DNA of 64,000 bases, taken from NCBI GenBank assembly GCA_041666305.1, contig JBAYHD010000001.1:18149-82148 (forward strand), written 5' to 3'. A program made the translations under genes and the position numbers. How positions within the stretch are numbered: the first letter of the stretch is position 1; the number at the start of each line of letters is the position of its first letter. This DNA comes from Minisyncoccota bacterium (GTDB lineage Bacteria > Patescibacteriota > Minisyncoccia > Phycocordibacterales > Phycocordibacteraceae). The notes beneath the pieces were generated by a model, which did not search any database, was not told the DNA's origin, and saw nothing but the letters and a program-made list of their open reading frames with translations. Shown here one piece after another: positions 29,040-37,966 of the stretch.

Positions 29040-29240
29040 TTATGCGGCCTTCAATTGGCGCGCACGCTGCTCAGTGAGCGCGCGGGCGATGACCTTGCGA
29101 AGCTTGCTCGGCGCATTGCTCTCCTTGGCGCGAGCGCCGGCAGCCGAAAAGCGCTCGGTGCGGAGCGTTTCGCGCGTCTCAATGAGAAGCTTCACGAGCT
29201 CCTGATCAGTCTTTGATGCCATTGTTTCTTTTTTTGTCAT
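29040..29240 (-). CDS. rpmC: 50S ribosomal protein L29
   Basis: 66 aa. KTDQELVKLLIETRETLRTERF. Confidence 0.85.
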   Translation of the reverse strand: MTKKETMASKTDQELVKLLIETRETLRTERFSAAGARAKESNAPSKLRKVIARALTEQRARQLKAA

Positions 29241-29263
29241 AGAAATGAAGGAAAAGCAAGGAA

Positions 29264-29686
29264 TTAGCTTCGAGTGACGATGGTCGTCTTCACCGGGAGC
29301 TTCATGCCCGCTTGTCGCATGTGAGCACGAGCGATCTTCTCGTCGACGCCGTCCATCTCGAAAAGAATGCGGCCCGGGCGCACCTGAAAGACGTAATGTT
29401 TCGGATCGCCCTTTCCGGAACCCATGCCCACTTCCGCCGGCTTTGCGGTCACCGGTCGGTCGGGGAAAATGCGGATCCAGAGCTTGCCGGTCTTCGCCGT
29501 TGCGCGCGTGAGCACCTTGCGAGCCGCTTCGATCTGGTTGCTCGTCACGCGAGCTGCAGTGAGCGCCTTGAGTCCGTACGAACCGAACGCCACAGTGATG
29601 CCGCGCGTATCAGGACGATTGAGATGCTTCTCGCTCATGCGCTGCGTCTGCCACTTGCGATGTTTTACTTTTTTGGGGAACAACAT
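29264..29686 (-). CDS. rplP: 50S ribosomal protein L16
   Basis: MLFPKKVKHRKWQTQRMSEKHLNRPDTRGITVAFGSYGLKAL. ATG 29686 preferred (ORF-track TTG at 29692). Confidence 0.92.
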   Translation of the reverse strand: MLFPKKVKHRKWQTQRMSEKHLNRPDTRGITVAFGSYGLKALTAARVTSNQIEAARKVLTRATAKTGKLWIRIFPDRPVTAKPAEVGMGSGKGDPKHYVFQVRPGRILFEMDGVDEKIARAHMRQAGMKLPVKTTIVTRS

Positions 29687-29696
29687 ATGCAACTAA

Positions 29697-30404
29697 TTAG
29701 CGAGCAGATGCCTCGGGCATGCGTACCGGTGCTTTCTTGTCCTGGTAGACATTGCCGCGGAAGATCCACACCTTGATGCCGATGACGCCGTACGGCAATT
29801 GCGCCTCGTCGTGCGCGAAGTCGATGTCGGCACGGAAGGTTTGGAGCGGAATACGACCTTTCTTTATCTCCTCTTTGCGGCTCATTTCTGCGCCGCCCAA
29901 GCGTCCCGCGAGCGCGATGCGCACACCCTCGACCTCGCGCACGGCGATGACCTTCTCGACGGTCGACTTCAGCACGCGGCGGAACGGCATGCGCTTCTCG
30001 AGCCCTTCCGCGATCATGTACGCAACGACTGCCGCATCCGTTTCCGGTTGGCGGACTTCATTGATATCAAATTTGACCTGTTTGCCGGCGGGAAGCGCAT
30101 TCGGGGAGGCCTTTCGCGCTACTTCAGTCAATTCCGCACGCAGTTTCGCGGCGTTCTCGCCGGAACGGCCGATGACGAGGCCTGGGCGCGCGGTGGAAAG
30201 AATGACGCGCAGTTCACCGGCGGAACGCTCTATCTCGACGCCGCTCGTGTAGGTCCCGCGCAAGCGCTTCTTGAGAAAGCGGCGAATGGTCTCGTCTACC
30301 TTGATGTTGTCGCGATAGACCTTTTTATCGCTGGCGAACCAACGGCTCTTCCAATCCCGGATGATGCCGAGACGATGTGCGTAAGGATGTACGATGTGTG
30401 TCAT
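29697..30404 (-). CDS. rpsC: 30S ribosomal protein S3
   Basis: MTHIVHPYAHRLGIIRDWKSRWFAS...KH domain...GVEISRS. Confidence 0.93.
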   Translation of the reverse strand: MTHIVHPYAHRLGIIRDWKSRWFASDKKVYRDNIKVDETIRRFLKKRLRGTYTSGVEIERSAGELRVILSTARPGLVIGRSGENAAKLRAELTEVARKASPNALPAGKQVKFDINEVRQPETDAAVVAYMIAEGLEKRMPFRRVLKSTVEKVIAVREVEGVRIALAGRLGGAEMSRKEEIKKGRIPLQTFRADIDFAHDEAQLPYGVIGIKVWIFRGNVYQDKKAPVRMPEASAR

Positions 30405-30410
30405 ATAAAT

Positions 30411-30779
30411 TTAATCGTCGAGGGTCTCTACGGTCTCTACGCTCTTTTTTGTCGAGCCTGAAGAAAGCTTCACGATCACTCGGCTCTTGCGGCGGCGTAT
30501 CATGGAAGCGCGACCGAACGCGCGCGGCATGTACTTCTTCAACATGCCGGCATTCTCCACGATGATGGACTGCACGACGAGGTCGTCCACGTTCTCCCCG
30601 CGATCTTTTGCATTTGCGGCCGCGCTCTTGATGAGCTTCGCGATGGTCTCCGAAGCGCGCTTCGGCAAAAATTCAAGCGCTGCGAGCGCAGCCGGCACCT
30701 TCTTGCCTTTCACAAGCTCGGTCACCAGACGGACCTTGCGCGGCGTTTGATTATGGCTCTTGAGTGTTGCGTTTGCCAT
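30411..30779 (-). CDS. rplV: 50S ribosomal protein L22
   Basis: MANATLKSHNQTPRKVRLVTELVKGKKVPAALAALEFLPKRASE. Confidence 0.92.
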   Translation of the reverse strand: MANATLKSHNQTPRKVRLVTELVKGKKVPAALAALEFLPKRASETIAKLIKSAAANAKDRGENVDDLVVQSIIVENAGMLKKYMPRAFGRASMIRRRKSRVIVKLSSGSTKKSVETVETLDD

Positions 30780-30782
30780 ATA

Positions 30783-31133
30783 TTATTTCTTTGCGGGCGC
30801 GGCGGCGGTAGACTCCTTCGCCGACTTCGCAGATGCGATCTCAGCTTCAGCCTTTTTCGCCTCCATCTCCTTCTGCATCTTGCCGCCGTGGCGGAGGAAC
30901 TTCTTGGTCGGGGAAAATTCGCCGAGACGGTGTCCGACCATATCCTCATTCACGAGGACTTCAATATGAGACTTGCCGTTATGTACACCGAAGGTGAAGC
31001 CGATCATTTCTGGGCTTATCTGGCTGCGACGCGCCCAGGTCTTCACCACGCCCGCAGTGGCGGGTTTGAGGTTTTGGACTTTCTTGAGGAGTTTGGCGTC
31101 CACGAAGGGTCCTTTCTTTATCGAGCGTGACAT
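30783..31133 (-). CDS. rpsS: 30S ribosomal protein S19 (Lys/Ala-rich C-terminal extension)
   Basis: [20 protein letters not shown]...[35 protein letters not shown]. Confidence 0.93.
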   Translation of the reverse strand: MSRSIKKGPFVDAKLLKKVQNLKPATAGVVKTWARRSQISPEMIGFTFGVHNGKSHIEVLVNEDMVGHRLGEFSPTKKFLRHGGKMQKEMEAKKAEAEIASAKSAKESTAAAPAKK

Positions 31134-31144
31134 AAAAGTAATGA

Positions 31145-31198
31145 AAAGCCCGCACTGCGGGATAGCTCAAAGATACAGGAAGTCATTTGCAAAGTCAA
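31145..31198 (-). promoter_or_regulatory. putative sigma70-like promoter (TTGACT-N17-TATCTT, minus strand) plus 5'-leader hairpin CUAUCCCGCAGUGCGGGCUUUU 11 nt upstream of the rpsS start codon
   Basis: Hexamers and hairpin read from the minus strand. A near-identical hairpin precedes rpsL at 42604..42626. Confidence 0.35.
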
Positions 31199-31352
31199 AC
31201 GTACCGTTCCAAAACACCCGCATAAATCCTAATCCGTTCCAGAACCTTGACAATTTCCAAAATGTGCACGTATTTTGCATTTCGTCGCGTGTTTGTTTTT
31301 TCTGTGCAATGGAGTACCCTCTACCTCGGACCCATTTGAGGAGGAACCGCAG

Positions 31353-31565
31353 ATGAAAATGAAGTACAAATTGGTATATATGCAGCCCCTGCCGCTGGAA
31401 GACGGCCAGAAACAGCCCAAGTATGAACGGAAGCAGGAGATCTTTGAAGTTGAGCCTGAGGAAGCGGAGGAGAAAAAAAGAAAGTTTCTCGGGGAAGAGT
31501 CGGTGACGTTCGGCTTCGTTACGTTCAGCCGAGAACAAATTACCTTCATGCCCACGCTCGTGTAG
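31353..31565 (+). CDS. small acidic hypothetical protein inserted (convergently) between rpsS and rplB
   Basis: 70 aa, MKMKYKLVYMQPLPLEDGQKQPKYERKQEIFEVEPEEAEEKKRKF. Strong SD gaggagga 8 nt upstream. Own promoter-like TTGACA-N18-TATTTT at 31247-31276. Own terminator downstream. Confidence 0.5.
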   Translation: MKMKYKLVYMQPLPLEDGQKQPKYERKQEIFEVEPEEAEEKKRKFLGEESVTFGFVTFSREQITFMPTLV

Positions 31566-31587
31566 GCAACCCGCCCACCGATGAACG

Positions 31588-31628
31588 AAAAGCCCGCCAA
31601 AACTTAGGCGGGCTTTATTTATTTTCGC
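31588..31628. terminator. bidirectional intrinsic terminator (aagcccgcc-aaaactta-ggcgggctt with T-runs on both strands) between the inserted small gene and the rplB 3' end
   Basis: Inverted repeat with flanking A/T runs. Confidence 0.65.
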
Positions 31629-31634
31629 TAAACG

Positions 31635-32483
31635 TTAGCCCTTCCGCTTCTTGCCGACCTTGCGGCGGGAGACGATGAAGACGTTTGAGTATTTCTTGGG
31701 AGTCCTCGTCTTCTGACCCTTGCCGGTGGGCTTGCCCCATTTGCTCTTGGCGCGGCGCAGACCGCGGCCCTGCTTGCCTTCGCCGCCGCCGTGCGGATGG
31801 TCTACCGGATTCATGGCGGTGCCGCGGACCGTCGGACGAATGCCGAGCCAGCGCGAACGACCAGCCTTGCCGATGACGACAAGATTGTATTCTTCGTTGC
31901 CCACCGCACCAATGGAGGCGTAACAGAGATCGGACACCTTGCGGATCTCGGTCGAAGGAAGCTTGATCTGCGCATAGCCGGCATCATGCGCGACTACCTC
32001 GGCATAATTGCCTGCACTGCGAACGAGAATGGCGCCTGCGGCCGGCTGGAGCTCGATGTTGTACACAAACGTACCGACGGGAATTTTCCCAAGCGGCATG
32101 CGGTTGCCGACCGTGAGCGGTGCATCTTCTCCGACGACGAAGGTGGAGCCGACTTTCATTTCTTTCGGGACGATAACGTAGCGGCGTTCGCCGTCGCGAT
32201 AGAGCGCGAGGCCGATAAATGCCGATCGGAACGGATCATACTCTACCGTTTCTATCTTCGCGGGAATGTTCTTCTTGTTGTAGGAAAAATCCACTTCGCG
32301 GAAACGCTTCTTGTGTCCGCCTCCCTGATGGCGTGTGGTGATGCGGCCGAAGCCGTTTCGCCCACCCTGGCTCGACTTCTTCTTGAGCAAAGGCTTGTGC
32401 GGTGCGTCACCCGAAAGAAGCTCCTTGTACGGAAGCGTGGTCATGTGGCGACGGCTCTTGCTGGTAGGTTTGTAGGTTTTCAT
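31635..32483 (-). CDS. rplB: 50S ribosomal protein L2
   Basis: 282 aa. MKTYKPTSKSRRHMT...GRNGFGRITTRHQGGGHKKRFREVDF... Confidence 0.95.
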   Translation of the reverse strand: MKTYKPTSKSRRHMTTLPYKELLSGDAPHKPLLKKKSSQGGRNGFGRITTRHQGGGHKKRFREVDFSYNKKNIPAKIETVEYDPFRSAFIGLALYRDGERRYVIVPKEMKVGSTFVVGEDAPLTVGNRMPLGKIPVGTFVYNIELQPAAGAILVRSAGNYAEVVAHDAGYAQIKLPSTEIRKVSDLCYASIGAVGNEEYNLVVIGKAGRSRWLGIRPTVRGTAMNPVDHPHGGGEGKQGRGLRRAKSKWGKPTGKGQKTRTPKKYSNVFIVSRRKVGKKRKG

Positions 32484-32489
32484 ACTGGT

Positions 32490-32873
32490 TTATGAGAACT
32501 GGATGGTGTCGCCAGCATTGAGATACACGTACGCTTTTCGGCGCGATGCACGATGGCCGACACCGCGCTTGGTGCGCATCGTCTTCGGTTTGCCCGGAAG
32601 ATTCACGATACGTATCTTGCGAGGTTCCACTTTGTAGATCTCCTTAATGGCGCTCGCGATGGAAGCCTTCGTTGCGCGCTCGGATACGTCGAATGTGTAA
32701 ATGCCCTTCTCGGTCACGATAAGCGCCTTTTCGGAGAACCACGGTGCGCGGATGATCTCGTGTGCGACACCGTTTGCGGTGGCCGTGGAGCGCGTGCGAT
32801 GACGGACAACAACTTTGTCCCTCTTAGCTTTCGCTTTCGTGCTCGTATTCTTAGTGGTGCCGAAGAGTGCCAT
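32490..32873 (-). CDS. rplW: 50S ribosomal protein L23 (N-terminal extension)
   Basis: APWFSEKALIVTEKGIYTFDVSERATKASIASAIKEIYKVEPRKIRIVN. Confidence 0.88.
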   Translation of the reverse strand: MALFGTTKNTSTKAKAKRDKVVVRHRTRSTATANGVAHEIIRAPWFSEKALIVTEKGIYTFDVSERATKASIASAIKEIYKVEPRKIRIVNLPGKPKTMRTKRGVGHRASRRKAYVYLNAGDTIQFS

Positions 32874-32879
32874 AAATAA

Positions 32880-33614
32880 TTATTTAGATTTTGCGCGGGT
32901 AGCGAGCATTTTGAATGCCGCTTCCGGATTCTCTATGACGAGATACTTGTGACTCATCACTTCGACCGGATTCAAGCTCCGCATTTCCTCGGTCATCACG
33001 TTGCCGAAATTGTGGAAACTCTTTATCGCATTCACGTTGTACGAAGCGAGCGCGAAGAGCGCAGCGTTCTTTTTCTTCGTCACAAGCTGTCCCGCATCCG
33101 CACCCTTCGCAAGATTTGCGAGCGAAGTTTTTGCGATCGCTGTTTTCGGAGCGGCAAAACTGAATTGGTCGACAAAAATGATCTCGTCGTCTTTCGCTTT
33201 GCGCGAGAGCACCGAGAGCAAAGCACCGATGCGCATCTTCTTGTTGATTTTCTCGCTGTAGTCGCGCGTGGAACGCGGACCGAACGTGATGCCGCCGTGG
33301 CGCCAGATCGGCGAGCGTGTGGAGCTGTGGCGCGCCTGGCCGGTACCCTTCTGTGCCCACGGCTTCTTGCCGCCGCCCGAGACTTCCGAGCGGTCTTTGG
33401 TGTGTGCTCGGTTCTGGCGAAGGTTCGCCTGCATGCCGGTGGTCACCTGGTGCACGAGGTCAGATCGCCATGGCACGCCGAAGATGCTCTCCGGAAGAGA
33501 AATGGTCCCGACTTTCTTGCCGTCCATGGAGAAGATAGGCGCCTCGATAGCCACGTACGCTGCCTTTGCTTTCTTTGTTACTTTCTTCGCAACCTTTTTT
33601 TCAGGAGTAGTCAT
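32880..33614 (-). CDS. rplD: 50S ribosomal protein L4
   Basis: 244 aa. ...TKDRSEVSGGGKKPWAQKGTGQARHSSTRSPIWRHGGITFGP. Confidence 0.93.
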   Translation of the reverse strand: MTTPEKKVAKKVTKKAKAAYVAIEAPIFSMDGKKVGTISLPESIFGVPWRSDLVHQVTTGMQANLRQNRAHTKDRSEVSGGGKKPWAQKGTGQARHSSTRSPIWRHGGITFGPRSTRDYSEKINKKMRIGALLSVLSRKAKDDEIIFVDQFSFAAPKTAIAKTSLANLAKGADAGQLVTKKKNAALFALASYNVNAIKSFHNFGNVMTEEMRSLNPVEVMSHKYLVIENPEAAFKMLATRAKSK

Positions 33615-33624
33615 GGTATTAAAA

Positions 33625-34239
33625 TTATGCGGAGACTACTTCAAGCAATGTGCCGCGGCGACCCGGAACGGCGCCGCTGACGATGATCTTTCCCTCTTTC
33701 GCATCGACCACGAGCACCTTGAGGTTCGTCACCGTGACGCGATCAGAACCCATGCGACCGGCCATGCGGATGCCCTTTGCGACACGACCGCCCGCGCGAC
33801 CACCCGAACCGCCGATAGAGCCCGGAGAGCGCTCGGTGTGCTTCTGGCCGTGAGAACGCGGGCCGCCGTGGAAGCCATGGCGCTTCACCACGCCGGCGAA
33901 GCCCTTGCCTTTCGTGATGCCGGAAACTTGCACGACGTCGCCGACCGCAAAAATTGATGCATCGATCGTATCGCCAACGGCGGCAGCGTTGTCAGTGCGG
34001 AATTCGCGAATTGCTTCGTAGCCCTTGCCTTTCGTGTGTCCGAGGACTGGCTTAGAAATATTCTTCGTGCGGCGTTCGCCCTGGCCGACCTGAACCGCCG
34101 AATATTTATCCTTGCCGTCCGCCATCTTCACTTGCGTGACGGTAATCGGCTCGGCCAAGAGAACAGTCCCCGCATGCGCAAGGCCATCCGCCGTAAAGAT
34201 ACGGGTCATTTTTTCTTTCTTAGCGAGGATGAATTTCAT
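33625..34239 (-). CDS. rplC: 50S ribosomal protein L3
   Basis: MKFILAKKEKMTRIFTADG...GFAGVVKRHGFHGGPRSHGQKHTERSPGSIG. ATG 34239 preferred. Confidence 0.93.
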   Translation of the reverse strand: MKFILAKKEKMTRIFTADGLAHAGTVLLAEPITVTQVKMADGKDKYSAVQVGQGERRTKNISKPVLGHTKGKGYEAIREFRTDNAAAVGDTIDASIFAVGDVVQVSGITKGKGFAGVVKRHGFHGGPRSHGQKHTERSPGSIGGSGGRAGGRVAKGIRMAGRMGSDRVTVTNLKVLVVDAKEGKIIVSGAVPGRRGTLLEVVSA

Positions 34240-34367
34240 TGTGTATGCAAATCGCGCCACAGCAATCGCTGGGCGCGATTTGCTGGAGGTCCCGCGGGGG
34301 ACATAGCGATTTGAGCACTCTACACGAGCCTCTTAAAAGATGCAAATCACTATGCTAGGCTTACGTA

Positions 34368-34592
34368 ATGGAAGATGGCCCGGAAAACAGAGCCCTCAGA
34401 AGCAAAAATGCGATTGATTTAGAAATTATGGGCTTGAGAATCAAGCTACAGCAACTCGAAACCAAAACCGCAATTGGGGGGTCTACTGAAATAAAAGCTT
34501 TGATTGAATCTGCAGGCAAAGACCAAGAGGTTCAAAGAATAGAAACGAAAATAGAGGAATTACGGCAGGAAAAGTCATCCTCAAAAGCGTAA
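34368..34592 (+). CDS. small coiled-coil hypothetical protein (rplC-rpsJ insertion)
   Basis: 74 aa, heptad-like LEIMGLRIKLQQLETK...IETKIEELRQEK. No SD, so weak call. Confidence 0.3.
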   Translation: MEDGPENRALRSKNAIDLEIMGLRIKLQQLETKTAIGGSTEIKALIESAGKDQEVQRIETKIEELRQEKSSSKA

Positions 34593-34642
34593 GGTCGCGA
34601 GGTGTGGCTCGCGACCCGTAATTCTGTTGATATGGTGCGGTG

Positions 34643-34987
34643 CTACAAGTAGCCTTGCTGATGGCAGTGGACTGCGGCAGTGCTGTAAAGCGTCTGAAAA
34701 AACTGGGTGTACCACTCGTTCCCAAATCGCTTGGCAACGCGGAGGCCGTGCCGAGTACGCCGCCGAACAATCTTCCAGTCCTCAGGTGTAACACGAGTGC
34801 GCTCCGTAAAGCCGTTAACCTGCTCGTGCAATTCGCGCAGACGTAATTCCACCCGAGCCTCGATAGGAACAGTTCTCTCGGCTTGGCGCATGATCCACGC
34901 CATCTCCTGCGGACCAACCCGCCCCGTACATCCTGGTTTGCGCAGTGGCTTAATGCCAAGCGCCGCTAGATCCAAGTTTTTGCTCAT
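34643..34987 (-). CDS. hypothetical protein (rplC-rpsJ insertion)
   Basis: 114 aa from ATG 34987 (MSKNLDLAALGIKPLRKPGCTGRVGPQEMAWIMRQAERTVPIEARVELRLRELHEQ...). SD aggag 7 nt upstream. Confidence 0.45.
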   Translation of the reverse strand: MSKNLDLAALGIKPLRKPGCTGRVGPQEMAWIMRQAERTVPIEARVELRLRELHEQVNGFTERTRVTPEDWKIVRRRTRHGLRVAKRFGNEWYTQFFQTLYSTAAVHCHQQGYL

Positions 34988-35032
34988 TTCATACTCCTCG
35001 TTATGTAACCAGGCAGAGTAAAGCACATTCTC

Positions 35033-35072
35033 AAAAACACACAACCGCCTCTGCGGGCGGTTGTGTGTTTCT
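35033..35072 (-). terminator. intrinsic terminator, hairpin family ACACACAACCGCC-loop-GGCGGTTGTGTGT (minus strand followed by UUUUUGA); downstream of PaaX-like paralog 2
   Basis: Perfect 13-bp stem. A near-identical copy is at 36117..36156. Confidence 0.65.
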
Positions 35073-35088
35073 TGCTAATTACCATCGT

Positions 35089-35126
35089 GTTCGTTAATTC
35101 TAACGACCGTTGGAGATAACGAACAT
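35089..35126. repeat. 38-bp palindromic element GTTCGTTAATTCTAACGACCGTTGGAGATAACGAACAT (termini GTTCGTTA/TAACGAAC), copy A, 3'-flank of paralog 2
   Basis: Shares conserved termini and centre (28/38 identity) with copy B at 35745..35782. Confidence 0.75.
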
Positions 35127-35129
35127 TGG

Positions 35130-35744
35130 TTACTCTACTAGCGGGAGATTAAAATGCTTGCGGAGTTTTTCGTCGTGTTCTATCTCATCAGCGACTATAC
35201 AGAGAATACCGTGACCAAGTTTTAGATGCGTGCGCAAAAAGACAAGGAGTTTTTCACACGGATATGGATATGCCCATGCACTGTTCTGTACCTTAACGAA
35301 GCCGATTTCTCTGAGCGTCTCTCGTAATTCGTCACGCACTTCCCGTCGCCGCTCCCACACATCAAACATGATAATCCGCCACTTCTGATCCCATTTCTTC
35401 TGATTTTTAGGCCGCACTTCTTCGCGCTCTGCAAGTTCTTCGGCAATCTTCATCCCCTTCTCTGTTAGCTCTATATGAAAGCCGTTTTGCCCCTTCACTC
35501 GCCGAAATATACCCTGTTTAATCAGCTCAGAATATTTTTGACTCACGCGCCTCTTAAGACGAGGCGAAGGCCCAATGACTTTCTCTACATATTTGAGTAG
35601 TCTCACTGCGTTCGGCGCCATAACTATCAGACCTACTCCAATCGTGAGATACGCCGAGAGCAAAACAGCATTTTTAATTTTGGTGCGCTTTGTCCCGCGC
35701 TGAACCCTCTCCTCAATATTCAAGAGCCGTTTCTTTTTCTCCAT
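35130..35744 (-). CDS. PaaX-like wHTH regulator family protein with Cas2-like motif (paralog 2)
   Basis: 204 aa. GQNGFHIELTEKGMKIAEEL (wHTH wing), KKWDQKWRIIMFDVWERRREVRDELRETLREIGFVKVQNSAWAYPYPCE, C-terminal ...DEKLRKHFNLPL shared with paralog 1. Clearly homologous to 26796..27377. Confidence 0.55.
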   Translation of the reverse strand: MEKKKRLLNIEERVQRGTKRTKIKNAVLLSAYLTIGVGLIVMAPNAVRLLKYVEKVIGPSPRLKRRVSQKYSELIKQGIFRRVKGQNGFHIELTEKGMKIAEELAEREEVRPKNQKKWDQKWRIIMFDVWERRREVRDELRETLREIGFVKVQNSAWAYPYPCEKLLVFLRTHLKLGHGILCIVADEIEHDEKLRKHFNLPLVE

Positions 35745-35782
35745 GTTCGTTATTGTACACGGTCGTTGGACTTAACGAACAT
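35745..35782. repeat. 38-bp palindromic element copy B (GTTCGTTATTGTACACGGTCGTTGGACTTAACGAACAT), abutting the start codon of paralog 2
   Basis: Direct comparison with 35089..35126. Confidence 0.75.
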
Positions 35783-35890
35783 AGGATGTGTACAAATATG
35801 GGAGCGGAGCGTGGCCTCCTCTGCCCTACCCCGCCCAAAGATGCAAGAAAACAACCGGGGTCGCGAGTGATTTGCTCGCAACCCCGTATT

Positions 35891-36082
35891 TCAGCTGCAT
35901 CCGTGCGGCGAAGGCCGACCAATCGGATGTTTCTCGATTTCATCACCCATTTCTGCCCAGTAACAATCGGCATGCACCGCAACCTTTTGACCTTCGACGA
36001 CAATGTACTCCAACTCCCCTTCAATATGTGGTCCGTCGATTAAATCATGACATATGCCGCAATAAACCGAACTTAGATCCAT
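35891..36082 (-). CDS. small Cys/His-rich (zinc-ribbon-like) hypothetical protein
   Basis: 63 aa from ATG 36082: MDLSSVYCGICHDLIDGPHIEGELEYIVVEGQKVAVHADCYWAEM. SD aaggaggg upstream. Confidence 0.45.
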   Translation of the reverse strand: MDLSSVYCGICHDLIDGPHIEGELEYIVVEGQKVAVHADCYWAEMGDEIEKHPIGRPSPHGCS

Positions 36083-36116
36083 GATTAAGCCCTCCTTTCT
36101 GCAGGCGAGTCTAGCA

Positions 36117-36156
36117 TAAAACACACAACCGCCCGTGAGGGCGGTTGTGTGTTTCT
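36117..36156 (-). terminator. second copy of the ACACACAACCGCCC-gtga-GGGCGGTTGTGTGT hairpin terminator, ~140 nt downstream of rpsJ
   Basis: Near-identical to 35033..35072, including flanking TTCTTG(G/C). Confidence 0.65.
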
Positions 36157-36299
36157 TGGCTGTCTTTGGAATTCTAGCGGTTTCAAAACTACTGTAGATG
36201 CTAGGCGCGACGAGAGAATTTCTGGAGACGTACTCAAATGTACGGCGGAAGAAGTTCTCGAAGTCGCAACAACGCAGATGCAGTAGTTTTGGAAGCGCG

Positions 36300-36704
36300 C
36301 TACACCATTTTCACATCTATCGTCACTCCTGACGGAAGGTTGAGGTTCGTGAGGGCCTCGATGACCTTCGGCGAGGGGTTCATGATGTCGATGAGGCGCT
36401 TATGAATGCGCATCTCGAACTGTTCGCGTGCGTCTTTATGGACGAAGGTCGAACGGTTCACGGTCCAGCGCTTTATCTCGGTGGGAAGCGGAACCGGGCC
36501 CACGACGATCGCATCAAAGCGAGCGGCGGTGTCCATGATCTGCTTCACCGAGAGGTCCAATATCTTGTGCTCATAGGCACGGACGCGGATGCGGAGCTTG
36601 TGCTCCACCGGAGCCGACGCTACAGCTTTCTTCGCTGCGGCTTTCGCCCGCGGCGCTTTGGGCGCCGCGACTTTCTTTGCTTTAGGTTTCGCCGCTGTTG
36701 CCAT
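36300..36704 (-). CDS. rpsJ: 30S ribosomal protein S10 (with ~30-aa Ala/Lys-rich N-terminal extension)
   Basis: KLRIRVRAYEHKILDLSVKQIMDTAARFDAIVVGPVPLPTEIKRWTVNRSTFVHKDAREQFEMRIHKRLIDI. Confidence 0.92.
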   Translation of the reverse strand: MATAAKPKAKKVAAPKAPRAKAAAKKAVASAPVEHKLRIRVRAYEHKILDLSVKQIMDTAARFDAIVVGPVPLPTEIKRWTVNRSTFVHKDAREQFEMRIHKRLIDIMNPSPKVIEALTNLNLPSGVTIDVKMV

Positions 36705-36723
36705 ATGAGTAGTAGATGAGTGC

Positions 36724-37923
<1,200 letters not shown>

Positions 37924-37966
37924 AACGGATAATTTAGGTGATTAATTCACGAATAAATATCCGACG

